33,923 nt of DNA from Dehalococcoidia bacterium (GTDB taxonomy: Bacteria > Chloroflexota > Dehalococcoidia > DSTF01 > JACRBR01): the NCBI GenBank assembly GCA_031430415.1, contig JANPBN010000097.1:1-33923 (forward strand), read 5' to 3'. The position numbers were made by a program, and so were the translations under genes. Below are positions 17,794-25,351 of this stretch, piece by piece. The notes below the pieces were generated by a model. The model had not been told where the DNA came from and made no database searches. It saw only the letters and a list, made by a program, of their open reading frames with translations. Position 1 is the first letter of the stretch, and each line of letters opens with the position of its first letter.

Positions 17794-18821
17794 GCCGGCA
17801 CCCGCTCTCGCGCTTCGACGCCGCGGCTGCGGGCGACGATCATGGTGAACATCTCCTCGAGAGTGAGTTCGCGTTTTCCGCACGACCACACATCGCCGCC
17901 GCTCTCGACGATGGACCGAACGATTGCGGGTACGGCTGCGGTGTCGCGCTTCAGGGCAAGTTCGAGGCGGTACTGATCGCCGCTGATGAGTACGGCCTTC
18001 AGCGAATCAACGCCCGGCACGGCGCGTAGTGACTCGATGGCCGCGTAGGTCAGCCCGCCGATGACGATCTGGTACAACTCGTCGGCCTGAAGCAGGTCAC
18101 GAAGTTCACCGATTTCGCCGATCATCTGGATCTCGCCAGAATCGATGAATGCAATCCGGTCGCAGAGCATTTCGGCTTCGGCCATGATGTTCGTCGCTAG
18201 GATCACGGTGCGTCGCTCATTGACGACGCGCTCGCGCACGAGTTGCCGGAGATCGAGTGCCGCCATCGGATCGAGTGCCCGCGTCGGTTCGTCCATGATC
18301 AGAATGTCAGGATCGTTGAGAAGCCCACGGGCGATGGATGCGCGCTGCTTCATCCCGGACGAGTAGTGGTGCATGCGGAGGTTCGCGGCGTGGGAGAGGC
18401 CCACGAGTTCGAGCAGTTCAAGCGCACGGCGCCGCGCGTCGCGGGCGGGAATACCGTAGAGCGCGGCGTAGAACAGCAGATTGTCGAGCGCCGAAAGGCG
18501 CCAGTAGAACGTGCGCTCGTCGCCGTACACGACGCCGATGCGCCTCCGAACCGCGAGGCTGTCCTTCACGACATCGAGCCCCGTGACGGTCGCCGTGCCG
18601 GAGGTCGGGATGCTGAGCGTCGAAAGGATCTTGACGAGCGTCGTCTTACCCGCGCCGTTCGGGCCGAGCAGTCCGAAGATCTCTCCATGCGGCACCGTCA
18701 GGCTGACGCTGTTCAATGCGACCTTGCCGGGCTCATGCTTGAAGATCGACTTCCATCCCTGCTGGGCCGGGAACTGCATCACAAGGTCGCGTGTCTGGAT
18801 CGCCGGCAGTGCGTGACTCAT
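17790..18821 (-). CDS. ABC transporter ATP-binding protein (DrrA/CcmA-like NBD with a ~100-aa C-terminal extension)
   Basis: Walker A GLLGPNGAGKTT, signature YSSGMKQR, Walker B ILIMDEPTRALD, H-loop region ILATNIM. Start MSHALPAIQTRDL is preceded by GGAGGA and forms an ATGA overlap with the upstream stop. The track ORF to 19271 is an Arg-rich extension. The C-terminal ~100 aa after the NBD are non-ABC. Confidence 0.9.
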   Translation of the reverse strand: MSHALPAIQTRDLVMQFPAQQGWKSIFKHEPGKVALNSVSLTVPHGEIFGLLGPNGAGKTTLVKILSTLSIPTSGTATVTGLDVVKDSLAVRRRIGVVYGDERTFYWRLSALDNLLFYAALYGIPARDARRRALELLELVGLSHAANLRMHHYSSGMKQRASIARGLLNDPDILIMDEPTRALDPMAALDLRQLVRERVVNERRTVILATNIMAEAEMLCDRIAFIDSGEIQMIGEIGELRDLLQADELYQIVIGGLTYAAIESLRAVPGVDSLKAVLISGDQYRLELALKRDTAAVPAIVRSIVESGGDVWSCGKRELTLEEMFTMIVARSRGVEARERVPA

Positions 18822-20635
18822 AGCGCGATCCTCCGCGCCTTGATGGAACCCACAACGAAACCGGCGAGCCACAGTCCCTGGCGTGCGCCGATCCCGGCAA
18901 CCGTTTTGGCTGAGTGAGGCCAGTTGCGTACCGGCCAGACATCGATGCGCGAGCTGACGGTGCCTACCCATGGCGCCGCGACGAGCAGCCATCGCCGCTG
19001 CCGGCGAGCCGCCGCCAGCGCGATGCCGGCCGCGGCAAGATCGAAGTACATCGTCTGGCGCGAGACGAAGATGCCGCTCACGAGCGTGCGATTTGCGTAC
19101 TCCGGTGCACGGGCAAGCAGCATCGGTACCTGCGCTGCGATGCGCATCTCCCGGCGCGGCCACCCTGCATTGGCCGCGTCGCGTGGGAACACGCGAAACT
19201 GGTAGACCTCTTCGCGGAACCGGGAGTTCCAGCCAAGCCGCCTCAAGCGCCACGCTAGCTCGGTATCCCATCCAAGCCTCGGTCCGCTCTGCGAATCGAA
19301 GGAGTCGGCGAAGCCACCCGCGGCAAGGGCGACGGCGTTGCGGTAAAAGGTGTTCGTGATCGGGAACATGTGCTCCGATGGCGGCGACTTCTCGTCCGGA
19401 TCGGGGCGCGTTCCGGCTACCTCGAGGTAGCGCTCCATGCTGCCATCGGCTGCGAAGATCGGCCCGGTGATGACCGCGGTGTCGCCGTCGAACCAGGTGA
19501 TCGCCGACTCGATCCAGTCCGGCGGCACGTGACAGGTGTCTTCGATGTGCGCTGAGATATCGCTGCGGAGCCCGGCCAGGACTTCGTTGCGAGAGGTTGG
19601 GCCGTCCACGCCAATGACCGTGCGGCGCACGTCACAGGCCGACGACCGCGCCATCGCGGCCACGATGTCCGGCGTATCGCGGTGGCGTCCGTCGTCGAGC
19701 ACGACGATCTCACGAAGCCCAGCGGGATACGTCTGGTCTTGCACGGCATCGAGCGTGGCGCGCAGGGCGGCGCCGCCGCTCCGCACGGACACGACGACGC
19801 TCACCGTTGGGTCGTCGATGCGCGTCTTGAGGCCTGCGCCATCGCCTGGGCGGCGCGCGCACTCGAGGATCAGAACATCGCGCAGGGTGGGGAGCGCCCA
19901 ACGAATCAGGCGGCCGGCTTTCCGCAGGGCGTATTCCGGCACGCTGAGGAGTTCCATCTCCATGAACGACTGCTCTGCCGTGACGGCGTCGCACCGCTGT
20001 ACGTGGAGGCCCGCTCCGCGCGCAATGTCGCGTAGTTCATCGCGATGGTAGAGTCGCGCCGTGTCGGTCGAAGGCCAGCCGAGCGAGAGCGCTGCAGTTT
20101 CGCCCTTCGGCGTGAAGGGCTTCCCGCGCATCGCCGAAAGCCGAAGGTCGAGTTTCGCCTGGTTTCGCGTCGCGACCAGGAGTTTGCCATGTGCTGCAAG
20201 CATGCGGCGGAGCGCGCGGAGTAGGCGCTGCGCATTCGGCTCGTCGAGTGCTTCGAGCACCAACGGAAGCACGATGAGGTCGTACGGCCCATCGGTCGCC
20301 TCGATGTCCGGCAGCGCGCTTGTAGTGACGTGGCGCGTCACGAAGCTCTTGGCCCCCTCAGTGAGGTAGGTGCCGGGAAGCTGCCACACACGAAGGTCCT
20401 TCGCGAATCGCGCCACGGACTCAACGAGCAGCGCGCTGCCGCCGATGATGAGCGTCCGGCCCGATGCGTGATGCTTCGACCGGCTGACAAGGTCGGCGAC
20501 GAGCGGCGCACCAAGCGTGAGATGGTGGTACGCGCGTTCGGCGATCTCGAGGTCATCGAGCACGTTCGCGACGAACGCGCGGGCCTCTTCTGGTGGCGGT
20601 GCGACAGCAGGAGCGGTGAGTGTCGTCGTCGTCAC
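18818..20635 (-). CDS. Fusion protein: N-terminal Rossmann/methyltransferase-like domain, GT2 glycosyltransferase domain, C-terminal membrane segments
   Basis: 605 aa; GTG start in a GTGA overlap. N-terminal ~270 aa: RTLIIGGSALLVESVA...YDLIVLPLVLEAL...GKLLVATRN, a class-I MTase-like layout with an atypical motif I. Middle: VSVVVSVRSGGAALRATLDAVQDQTYP, VVLDDG, DTELAWRLRRLGW (GT2). Hydrophobic C-terminus as in the two GT2 paralogues. Confidence 0.75.
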   Translation of the reverse strand: MTTTTLTAPAVAPPPEEARAFVANVLDDLEIAERAYHHLTLGAPLVADLVSRSKHHASGRTLIIGGSALLVESVARFAKDLRVWQLPGTYLTEGAKSFVTRHVTTSALPDIEATDGPYDLIVLPLVLEALDEPNAQRLLRALRRMLAAHGKLLVATRNQAKLDLRLSAMRGKPFTPKGETAALSLGWPSTDTARLYHRDELRDIARGAGLHVQRCDAVTAEQSFMEMELLSVPEYALRKAGRLIRWALPTLRDVLILECARRPGDGAGLKTRIDDPTVSVVVSVRSGGAALRATLDAVQDQTYPAGLREIVVLDDGRHRDTPDIVAAMARSSACDVRRTVIGVDGPTSRNEVLAGLRSDISAHIEDTCHVPPDWIESAITWFDGDTAVITGPIFAADGSMERYLEVAGTRPDPDEKSPPSEHMFPITNTFYRNAVALAAGGFADSFDSQSGPRLGWDTELAWRLRRLGWNSRFREEVYQFRVFPRDAANAGWPRREMRIAAQVPMLLARAPEYANRTLVSGIFVSRQTMYFDLAAAGIALAAARRQRRWLLVAAPWVGTVSSRIDVWPVRNWPHSAKTVAGIGARQGLWLAGFVVGSIKARRIAL

Positions 20636-21825
20636 GCGACCCCCGCCATGCGGCTATCGCGGGTGCGGCTCGATGCCATCGCCTCGAGCATGCCCTCGAG
20701 CTTGGCGCCAACGCGCGTGAGCGACCACGGCTCGGCCCACTCACGGCACGCCGCCGCGGTGCCCGGCTGGCGAGCGAGGTCGATGCCTGCGAGAACCGCG
20801 TCGGCGAGATCGTGGGCCGTGCGGTCACTCAGTAAATCGAAGTAGGTCTTGATCGGAACGGTCACGCCGACGCGTGGATCGGTGATGATCTCGCCGGGGC
20901 CGCTGTAGGCGCTACAGACGACGGGCGTCCCGGCAGCGAGCGACTCCGTCACCACCATGCCAAAGGCCTCCTCGACGGAGGGCAGTACGGTCACAGCGGC
21001 CTGAGCGTATGTGTGCGGCAAGCCTTCCAGCGTGCCGGGGCCGCGGATCTCGATGGCGTCGCGCGCCGAAGCGCTGCGCACGAGGTCGAGGCGCTCGAGC
21101 GTGTACACGTCGGAGCCGAAGTCGAATCCGACGAGACCGAACGGGCCGGCAAGCACGAGACGCGCCTCCGGGCAGCGGCGGTGTATTTCATCCCACGCGC
21201 GGAGCAACAGCGGGCCGCCCTTGCGGGGGTCGCCGAGGTCGCCGGTAAACAGCACCTGCGGGCGCGACAGATCCCGGCCGCCGAGTGGCTTGAATCGGTC
21301 CATATCAACGGGCGGTGGCAGTACCTCGACCGGAACGCCGTACTGCGCGGTGGCCTCGGCGGCGCCGTTCGGTGTCAGCGCGGCGACCTGGTTGGCGCGG
21401 CGCATCAACTGGTTGAACATCCACCGATCGAGCCGCCCGGGCCAGTAGTGATTCTTGACGATGAGGTGATAGAGGTACGGCAGGCCGATCCCCGCCTTGA
21501 GCAGAGGCGCCGCAACTACCGAGGAATAGCTCCACATGTGCGCGACGTCGTACTTGCCACGGATCAGGTGTTCCGTCGCACCGAGCCCGAACCCGTAGAG
21601 CCGCGCCAGCGGCCCGTACCGGTAGGTCAGCGGGTGCGAGAACTGGCGCAGATAGATTACGCGCACGGCGCCGTCATACGTCACGCGGGGCGCGCCGGGT
21701 TTGGACGTGATGATGTCCACCTCATGCCCCTGCGCCGCGAGGTAGCCGGACAGGTCGTGAATGCACCGCTCAGCGCCGCGGCGGATGTACGGCCAATACG
21801 TGGGATACGGGAAGACCACCTTCAT
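20632..21825 (-). CDS. Glycosyltransferase family 4
   Basis: 397 aa. N-terminus MKVVFPYPTYWPYIRRGAERCIHDL. Donor motif LPSVEEAFGMVVTESLAAGTPVVCSAYSGPGEII. Confidence 0.9.
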   Translation of the reverse strand: MKVVFPYPTYWPYIRRGAERCIHDLSGYLAAQGHEVDIITSKPGAPRVTYDGAVRVIYLRQFSHPLTYRYGPLARLYGFGLGATEHLIRGKYDVAHMWSYSSVVAAPLLKAGIGLPYLYHLIVKNHYWPGRLDRWMFNQLMRRANQVAALTPNGAAEATAQYGVPVEVLPPPVDMDRFKPLGGRDLSRPQVLFTGDLGDPRKGGPLLLRAWDEIHRRCPEARLVLAGPFGLVGFDFGSDVYTLERLDLVRSASARDAIEIRGPGTLEGLPHTYAQAAVTVLPSVEEAFGMVVTESLAAGTPVVCSAYSGPGEIITDPRVGVTVPIKTYFDLLSDRTAHDLADAVLAGIDLARQPGTAAACREWAEPWSLTRVGAKLEGMLEAMASSRTRDSRMAGVA

Positions 21826-21864
21826 GTGGTTGTTGTGCCTCGGCTTCGTTGCAATCCGCGCGTA

Positions 21865-22914
21865 CTACTTGAACGCGTGGAAGACGACTTTCGGAATCGG
21901 ATCCTGGAAGTTTGCGTGCAGGGTGAAGCGGGACTTCTCTTCCATGCGCGAGAACCGCGCGAGCTGAGCCCACACGCGATAGCACGTCGTGTTCGGGCGC
22001 CACCACACGTCACTCCGGCCCGAACCCGCGCGGGCGAATTGCGCCAGCGAGTTGCCGACGAACGCCTCGAGATCAGGGTGGTAGACATCGGCGAAGATCG
22101 CGAAGCCACCCGGCTTGACGACCTGCCAGACGGACTCCATCGCGCGGAGCGGCTCGCGAAGGTGAATGAGCAGGTCGCTGACGAAGACCATGTCGAACTG
22201 GCCGAGCTTCTCCGGATTCGCGTCGTAGACGCTGCAGATCACACGGTTGACCTTGGAGTTCTTGATCTCCTTGGCGATGCGGAATCCGACACCCATCTCG
22301 TGATCGACGCCCGACTTGTCGAACTCGTCCATCCAGTTCCGCGGAATGTCGATGTCGCGCATCGATGCGACGTCGATCGAGGTCACATCAGCGCCACGCC
22401 GCTCGAACTCGAACGCCCAGTAGCCGTCGAAGGTCGCGACATCGAGCACGCGCATGCCGGTCATGTCTTCGGGCAGATGGTAGAACGGCAGTTGGTCGCG
22501 GTGGTCGACGTAGCCCGGCGTCGAGACGCCATGGCCCAGGTCGATCGTGTGATACCACTGGTAGCCCGAGATCTTCTCGATGATCGCGCGCGCTTCGGGC
22601 GATGCCGGCTCGGTCAGCGGAGCGATCGGCTTGTTGGTGGGGCGGCCGGCCCGATAGATCGTCGGGTCGTCGTCGGTGTTGGGCGTGTGCCCATTGCCGT
22701 TCGTGTGCCCGTTGCCGTTCCCGTTGTGCCCACCCTTGCGCAGGCCGCTGATGCGGTCGAGCGCCGGGCGCACGACGTACTTGTACGGCACGCTGTTGCG
22801 CACTCGCTCAGCTTGCGTCGCGTCGAGCGCGATGCCGAGCTCCACGGAGCCGATGCGGATGCGGCGTTCGCGCTTCAGTGGCTCGGTCGGCCAGTTGCTT
22901 GTCTGCTGTGGCAT
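21865..22914 (-). CDS. Class I SAM-dependent methyltransferase, paralogue 1 (CmoB/DUF1698-like layout)
   Basis: Start at MPQQTSNW is preceded by GGAGGAGG; the track start 22977 has no RBS. Shared blocks with the other two paralogues: WYHTIDLGHGVSTPGYVDHR, VLDVATFDGYWAFEFERRGA, FDMVFVSDLLIHLREP. It carries a Gly/Asn/His-rich insert (GGHNGNGNGHTNGNGHT). Confidence 0.85.
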   Translation of the reverse strand: MPQQTSNWPTEPLKRERRIRIGSVELGIALDATQAERVRNSVPYKYVVRPALDRISGLRKGGHNGNGNGHTNGNGHTPNTDDDPTIYRAGRPTNKPIAPLTEPASPEARAIIEKISGYQWYHTIDLGHGVSTPGYVDHRDQLPFYHLPEDMTGMRVLDVATFDGYWAFEFERRGADVTSIDVASMRDIDIPRNWMDEFDKSGVDHEMGVGFRIAKEIKNSKVNRVICSVYDANPEKLGQFDMVFVSDLLIHLREPLRAMESVWQVVKPGGFAIFADVYHPDLEAFVGNSLAQFARAGSGRSDVWWRPNTTCYRVWAQLARFSRMEEKSRFTLHANFQDPIPKVVFHAFK

Positions 22915-22948
22915 GGTTCCTCCTCCGGTTTGGTGCGGCCGCACATCG

Positions 22949-23992
22949 TTATTCTGCGTGCGCGCCTGGGGGGACATGCCCCTTCAGAACTACCTTGTGG
23001 AACTTCCCGGCGCGGTTGGTCGCTTCGAACCGCGACACCTCTTCGATCGGGTCGAAGCCGGCGATCTCCATCATCCGTCGCATCGACTTGATGCTGTGGC
23101 GCCACCAGATGCCCATAACGCCGGTGCCCGTGAACTCGCTGACCGGGCGGTCCATCTCTTCGAGCTGTGGGTCGTAGGGCTCGGCGACGATGGCGCAGCC
23201 GCGAGAGACCGAGAACATGTTCTCGATCACCGTCTGCGGATCGCGCAGGCGCAGAAGCAGCTGGCTGATCAGCACGACATCGAACATGCCGAGCCGTTCG
23301 GGTGACACGTCGTAGACATTGACGGCGCGCCGCTCGGCCTTCGAGCCCAGGATCTGCTTCGCAAGCTGGAATCCCTGCCCGGGATATTCGATGCCGATGC
23401 TCGCCTGCTGGTCGTTCCAGATCTTGCGGTGGGAATCTTGCTGCTCGCCCCGTTCGCGCATGGCCTTCAGCTTCGCGAGGCGGGGAATGTCGTGCTCGAG
23501 CGGCGAATCGACATCGATGCCGACGACCTCGGTCGCGCCGCGGCGCTCCATCTCGAAGGACCAGAATCCGTCGTAGGTGCCAATGTCCAACCCTCGCCTG
23601 CCGGTGAGGTCTTCGGGCAGACCGAACAGCGGGACTGTGGCGCGGTTGTCGATGAAGCCCGGCGTGACGACGCCGTGCCCCAGGTCGATGGTGTGATACC
23701 AGCCGATCCCGGCGATGCGTTCGCGCATGTCCCGGGCCACCGGATCGTCATCGAGGGGCAGCGCCTCGGCTGTTGGCGCTTCGTTGACGGAGGTGACGTT
23801 CGGCGGTGCAGCATGCTCGCGCCGCCGGACGATGTCGAGGCCGGGACGCACGACGCGGCGATACAGACCGCTGTGCCGGACTTGCTCGGCCCGCTCAGCG
23901 TCGGCCGAGACTTCGACGCGGAAGCCGGCGATGCTGAAATCACGCTTGGTACGCGAAGCCAATTTTGGTTTCCTCGAGCGTTCGGCGGCCAC
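22949..23992 (-). CDS. Class I SAM-dependent methyltransferase, paralogue 2; first gene of the long downstream operon
   Basis: 347 aa, GTG start (GAGG 9 nt upstream); the alternative is TTG at 23962. Blocks: WYHTIDLGHGVVTPGFIDNR, GLDIGTYDGFWSFEMERRGA, FDVVLISQLLLRLRDP. Confidence 0.85.
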   Translation of the reverse strand: MAAERSRKPKLASRTKRDFSIAGFRVEVSADAERAEQVRHSGLYRRVVRPGLDIVRRREHAAPPNVTSVNEAPTAEALPLDDDPVARDMRERIAGIGWYHTIDLGHGVVTPGFIDNRATVPLFGLPEDLTGRRGLDIGTYDGFWSFEMERRGATEVVGIDVDSPLEHDIPRLAKLKAMRERGEQQDSHRKIWNDQQASIGIEYPGQGFQLAKQILGSKAERRAVNVYDVSPERLGMFDVVLISQLLLRLRDPQTVIENMFSVSRGCAIVAEPYDPQLEEMDRPVSEFTGTGVMGIWWRHSIKSMRRMMEIAGFDPIEEVSRFEATNRAGKFHKVVLKGHVPPGAHAE

Positions 23993-24031
23993 GCGCTGCG
24001 GCCTCGAATAGGTGGCATAGGGACGGTCGGT

Positions 24032-24065
24032 ATCTTATGGACAGGCGGTTAACCGATGGTTAACC
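24032..24065 (-). promoter_or_regulatory. SARP-type promoter: heptamer direct repeat plus -10 box upstream of methyltransferase paralogue 2
   Basis: The minus strand reads GTTAACC-ATCG-GTTAACC-GCCTGTCCA-TAAGAT. On the plus strand this is two GGTTAACC palindromes at 24047-24054 and 24058-24065, with ATCTTA at 24032-24037. It lies in the only long (207 nt) intergenic gap of the cluster, about 40-70 nt upstream of the start at 23992. Confidence 0.6.
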
Positions 24066-24199
24066 GGAACGACGGATTTGGCCTGCGCCGATCGCTGCCT
24101 GGCCCGCTATGAAGATGCGTTCAACCGGGGTACCGCGGCGAATCGGAATCGGCGGAGAGGCGGGAACGTCCGGCGCACGGAGTGCCAGTTATTGGCGGG

Positions 24200-25345
24200 T
24201 TAAATTCGGCGAATGCGCCGGCGGAGCGACTGCCAGAACGACGGCCTCATTTTCAGCACATCGTGCATCGGCAGCTCGCTGAGCGCTGCAACCAGCCGGC
24301 CCCCCGTCGCCGCGCCCACGCCGTCATCGAGCTGCTCATCGACATCGAGCATGGAACTGAGGATCACGATCTGACTGAACTGGTTGGCCACGGCGAGCCG
24401 GTAGTCGAGCCAGCAATCGTCATAGGAGTAATCTCGCACGCCGCCCTCCACGAGGAGCTCGTGGTATTGAGGCAGCAGCTCTCGTTCCGCGAGCGCGCGA
24501 TCGTTCGGCTGCAGGCTGCTGACGAACAGGTTCGCGATATCGATAGGCCCGCGGCCCCGCACGGCTGTCTGCCAGTCGATGAATGCTCGCGGCCCCCCCG
24601 CTTCGTCGAAGAGCACGTTGTTGACGCGCAGATCGCCGTGAACGAGCGTCTGCGGCGCCGTCGACAGCCGATCGACGACGGACTGGTCACGGGACAGCGT
24701 CGCACCGAGGCGAAGGATCACCGGCGGCATGTGCCGGCCGAAACGCCCCTCGAACGAACGCCACGCTCCCGGTCCTTCGGCGACGCCCAGCGCGGTGACG
24801 GATGGATCGTTGGGCGTGGGTAGCCAACGTTGGTCGCGAAGCTCGGCGGATTGCCACCAGGCCGCGTGCATTCCAGCTATCTGCTCGACGATGGCGCTCG
24901 CCTCGCTCAGGCTGCAGCCCCGGAGGAGGTCGCCGGCACGGGCACCGGTTACGTCCTCGAGCAGAAGCACGGCGCTCAGACCATCGGCGACGCCAAAGTA
25001 CATGGCGGGAACAGGGACGCCCACGCGCTCGGCCAGGGTGTCGTAGAAGTGCTGCTCGCGCTCGTAGATGCGTAGCCGCGACGCGATCTCGCGTGTGGCG
25101 GGGGCGCTCGACGGGAACTTCGCGATGAGTGTTACCGGGGCCTGATCCTCGGGGATGTCGTAGGTCAGACGCACGCGCACCACGCGCCCGGCCATGCCCT
25201 TGCCGGCGGGCTCCACATGAATGGACGCGACGTTCGCGCGCTGCAGCACAACGCCTCGGAGCGCAGCGGTGAGCCACGCGGCGCTGAGAGACTCCGGGCC
25301 GTCCGGGATGTCGCGGACGGGTGTGTGGCGCGTCGCGATTATCAT
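24200..25345 (-). CDS. APH/choline-kinase-fold phosphotransferase (eukaryotic-like kinase fold)
   Basis: 381 aa. Catalytic loop LVHGDLRVNNVLF (HxDxxxxN) and metal-binding IDWQ. Confidence 0.8.
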   Translation of the reverse strand: MIIATRHTPVRDIPDGPESLSAAWLTAALRGVVLQRANVASIHVEPAGKGMAGRVVRVRLTYDIPEDQAPVTLIAKFPSSAPATREIASRLRIYEREQHFYDTLAERVGVPVPAMYFGVADGLSAVLLLEDVTGARAGDLLRGCSLSEASAIVEQIAGMHAAWWQSAELRDQRWLPTPNDPSVTALGVAEGPGAWRSFEGRFGRHMPPVILRLGATLSRDQSVVDRLSTAPQTLVHGDLRVNNVLFDEAGGPRAFIDWQTAVRGRGPIDIANLFVSSLQPNDRALAERELLPQYHELLVEGGVRDYSYDDCWLDYRLAVANQFSQIVILSSMLDVDEQLDDGVGAATGGRLVAALSELPMHDVLKMRPSFWQSLRRRIRRI

Positions 25346-25351
25346 CAGCCG

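Noticed and set aside
21013-23091. 692-aa plus-strand ORF, the longest in the track
   Set aside because: It is antisense to a GT4 gene and two methyltransferase genes and even crosses their intergenic regions. Its composition (Arg/Val/Ala/Asp runs) and lack of motifs indicate a non-coding shadow frame.
24187-24204. Degenerate 11-bp-period pair AGTTATT-GGCG-GGTTAAA overlapping the stop codon of the kinase gene
   Set aside because: It resembles the SARP heptamer pair, but both copies are degenerate. The position where the -10 should be reads TGCGCC (no TAnnnT), and no gene start follows. It could still be an auxiliary site about 130 bp upstream of the 24047 box, but the evidence is insufficient.
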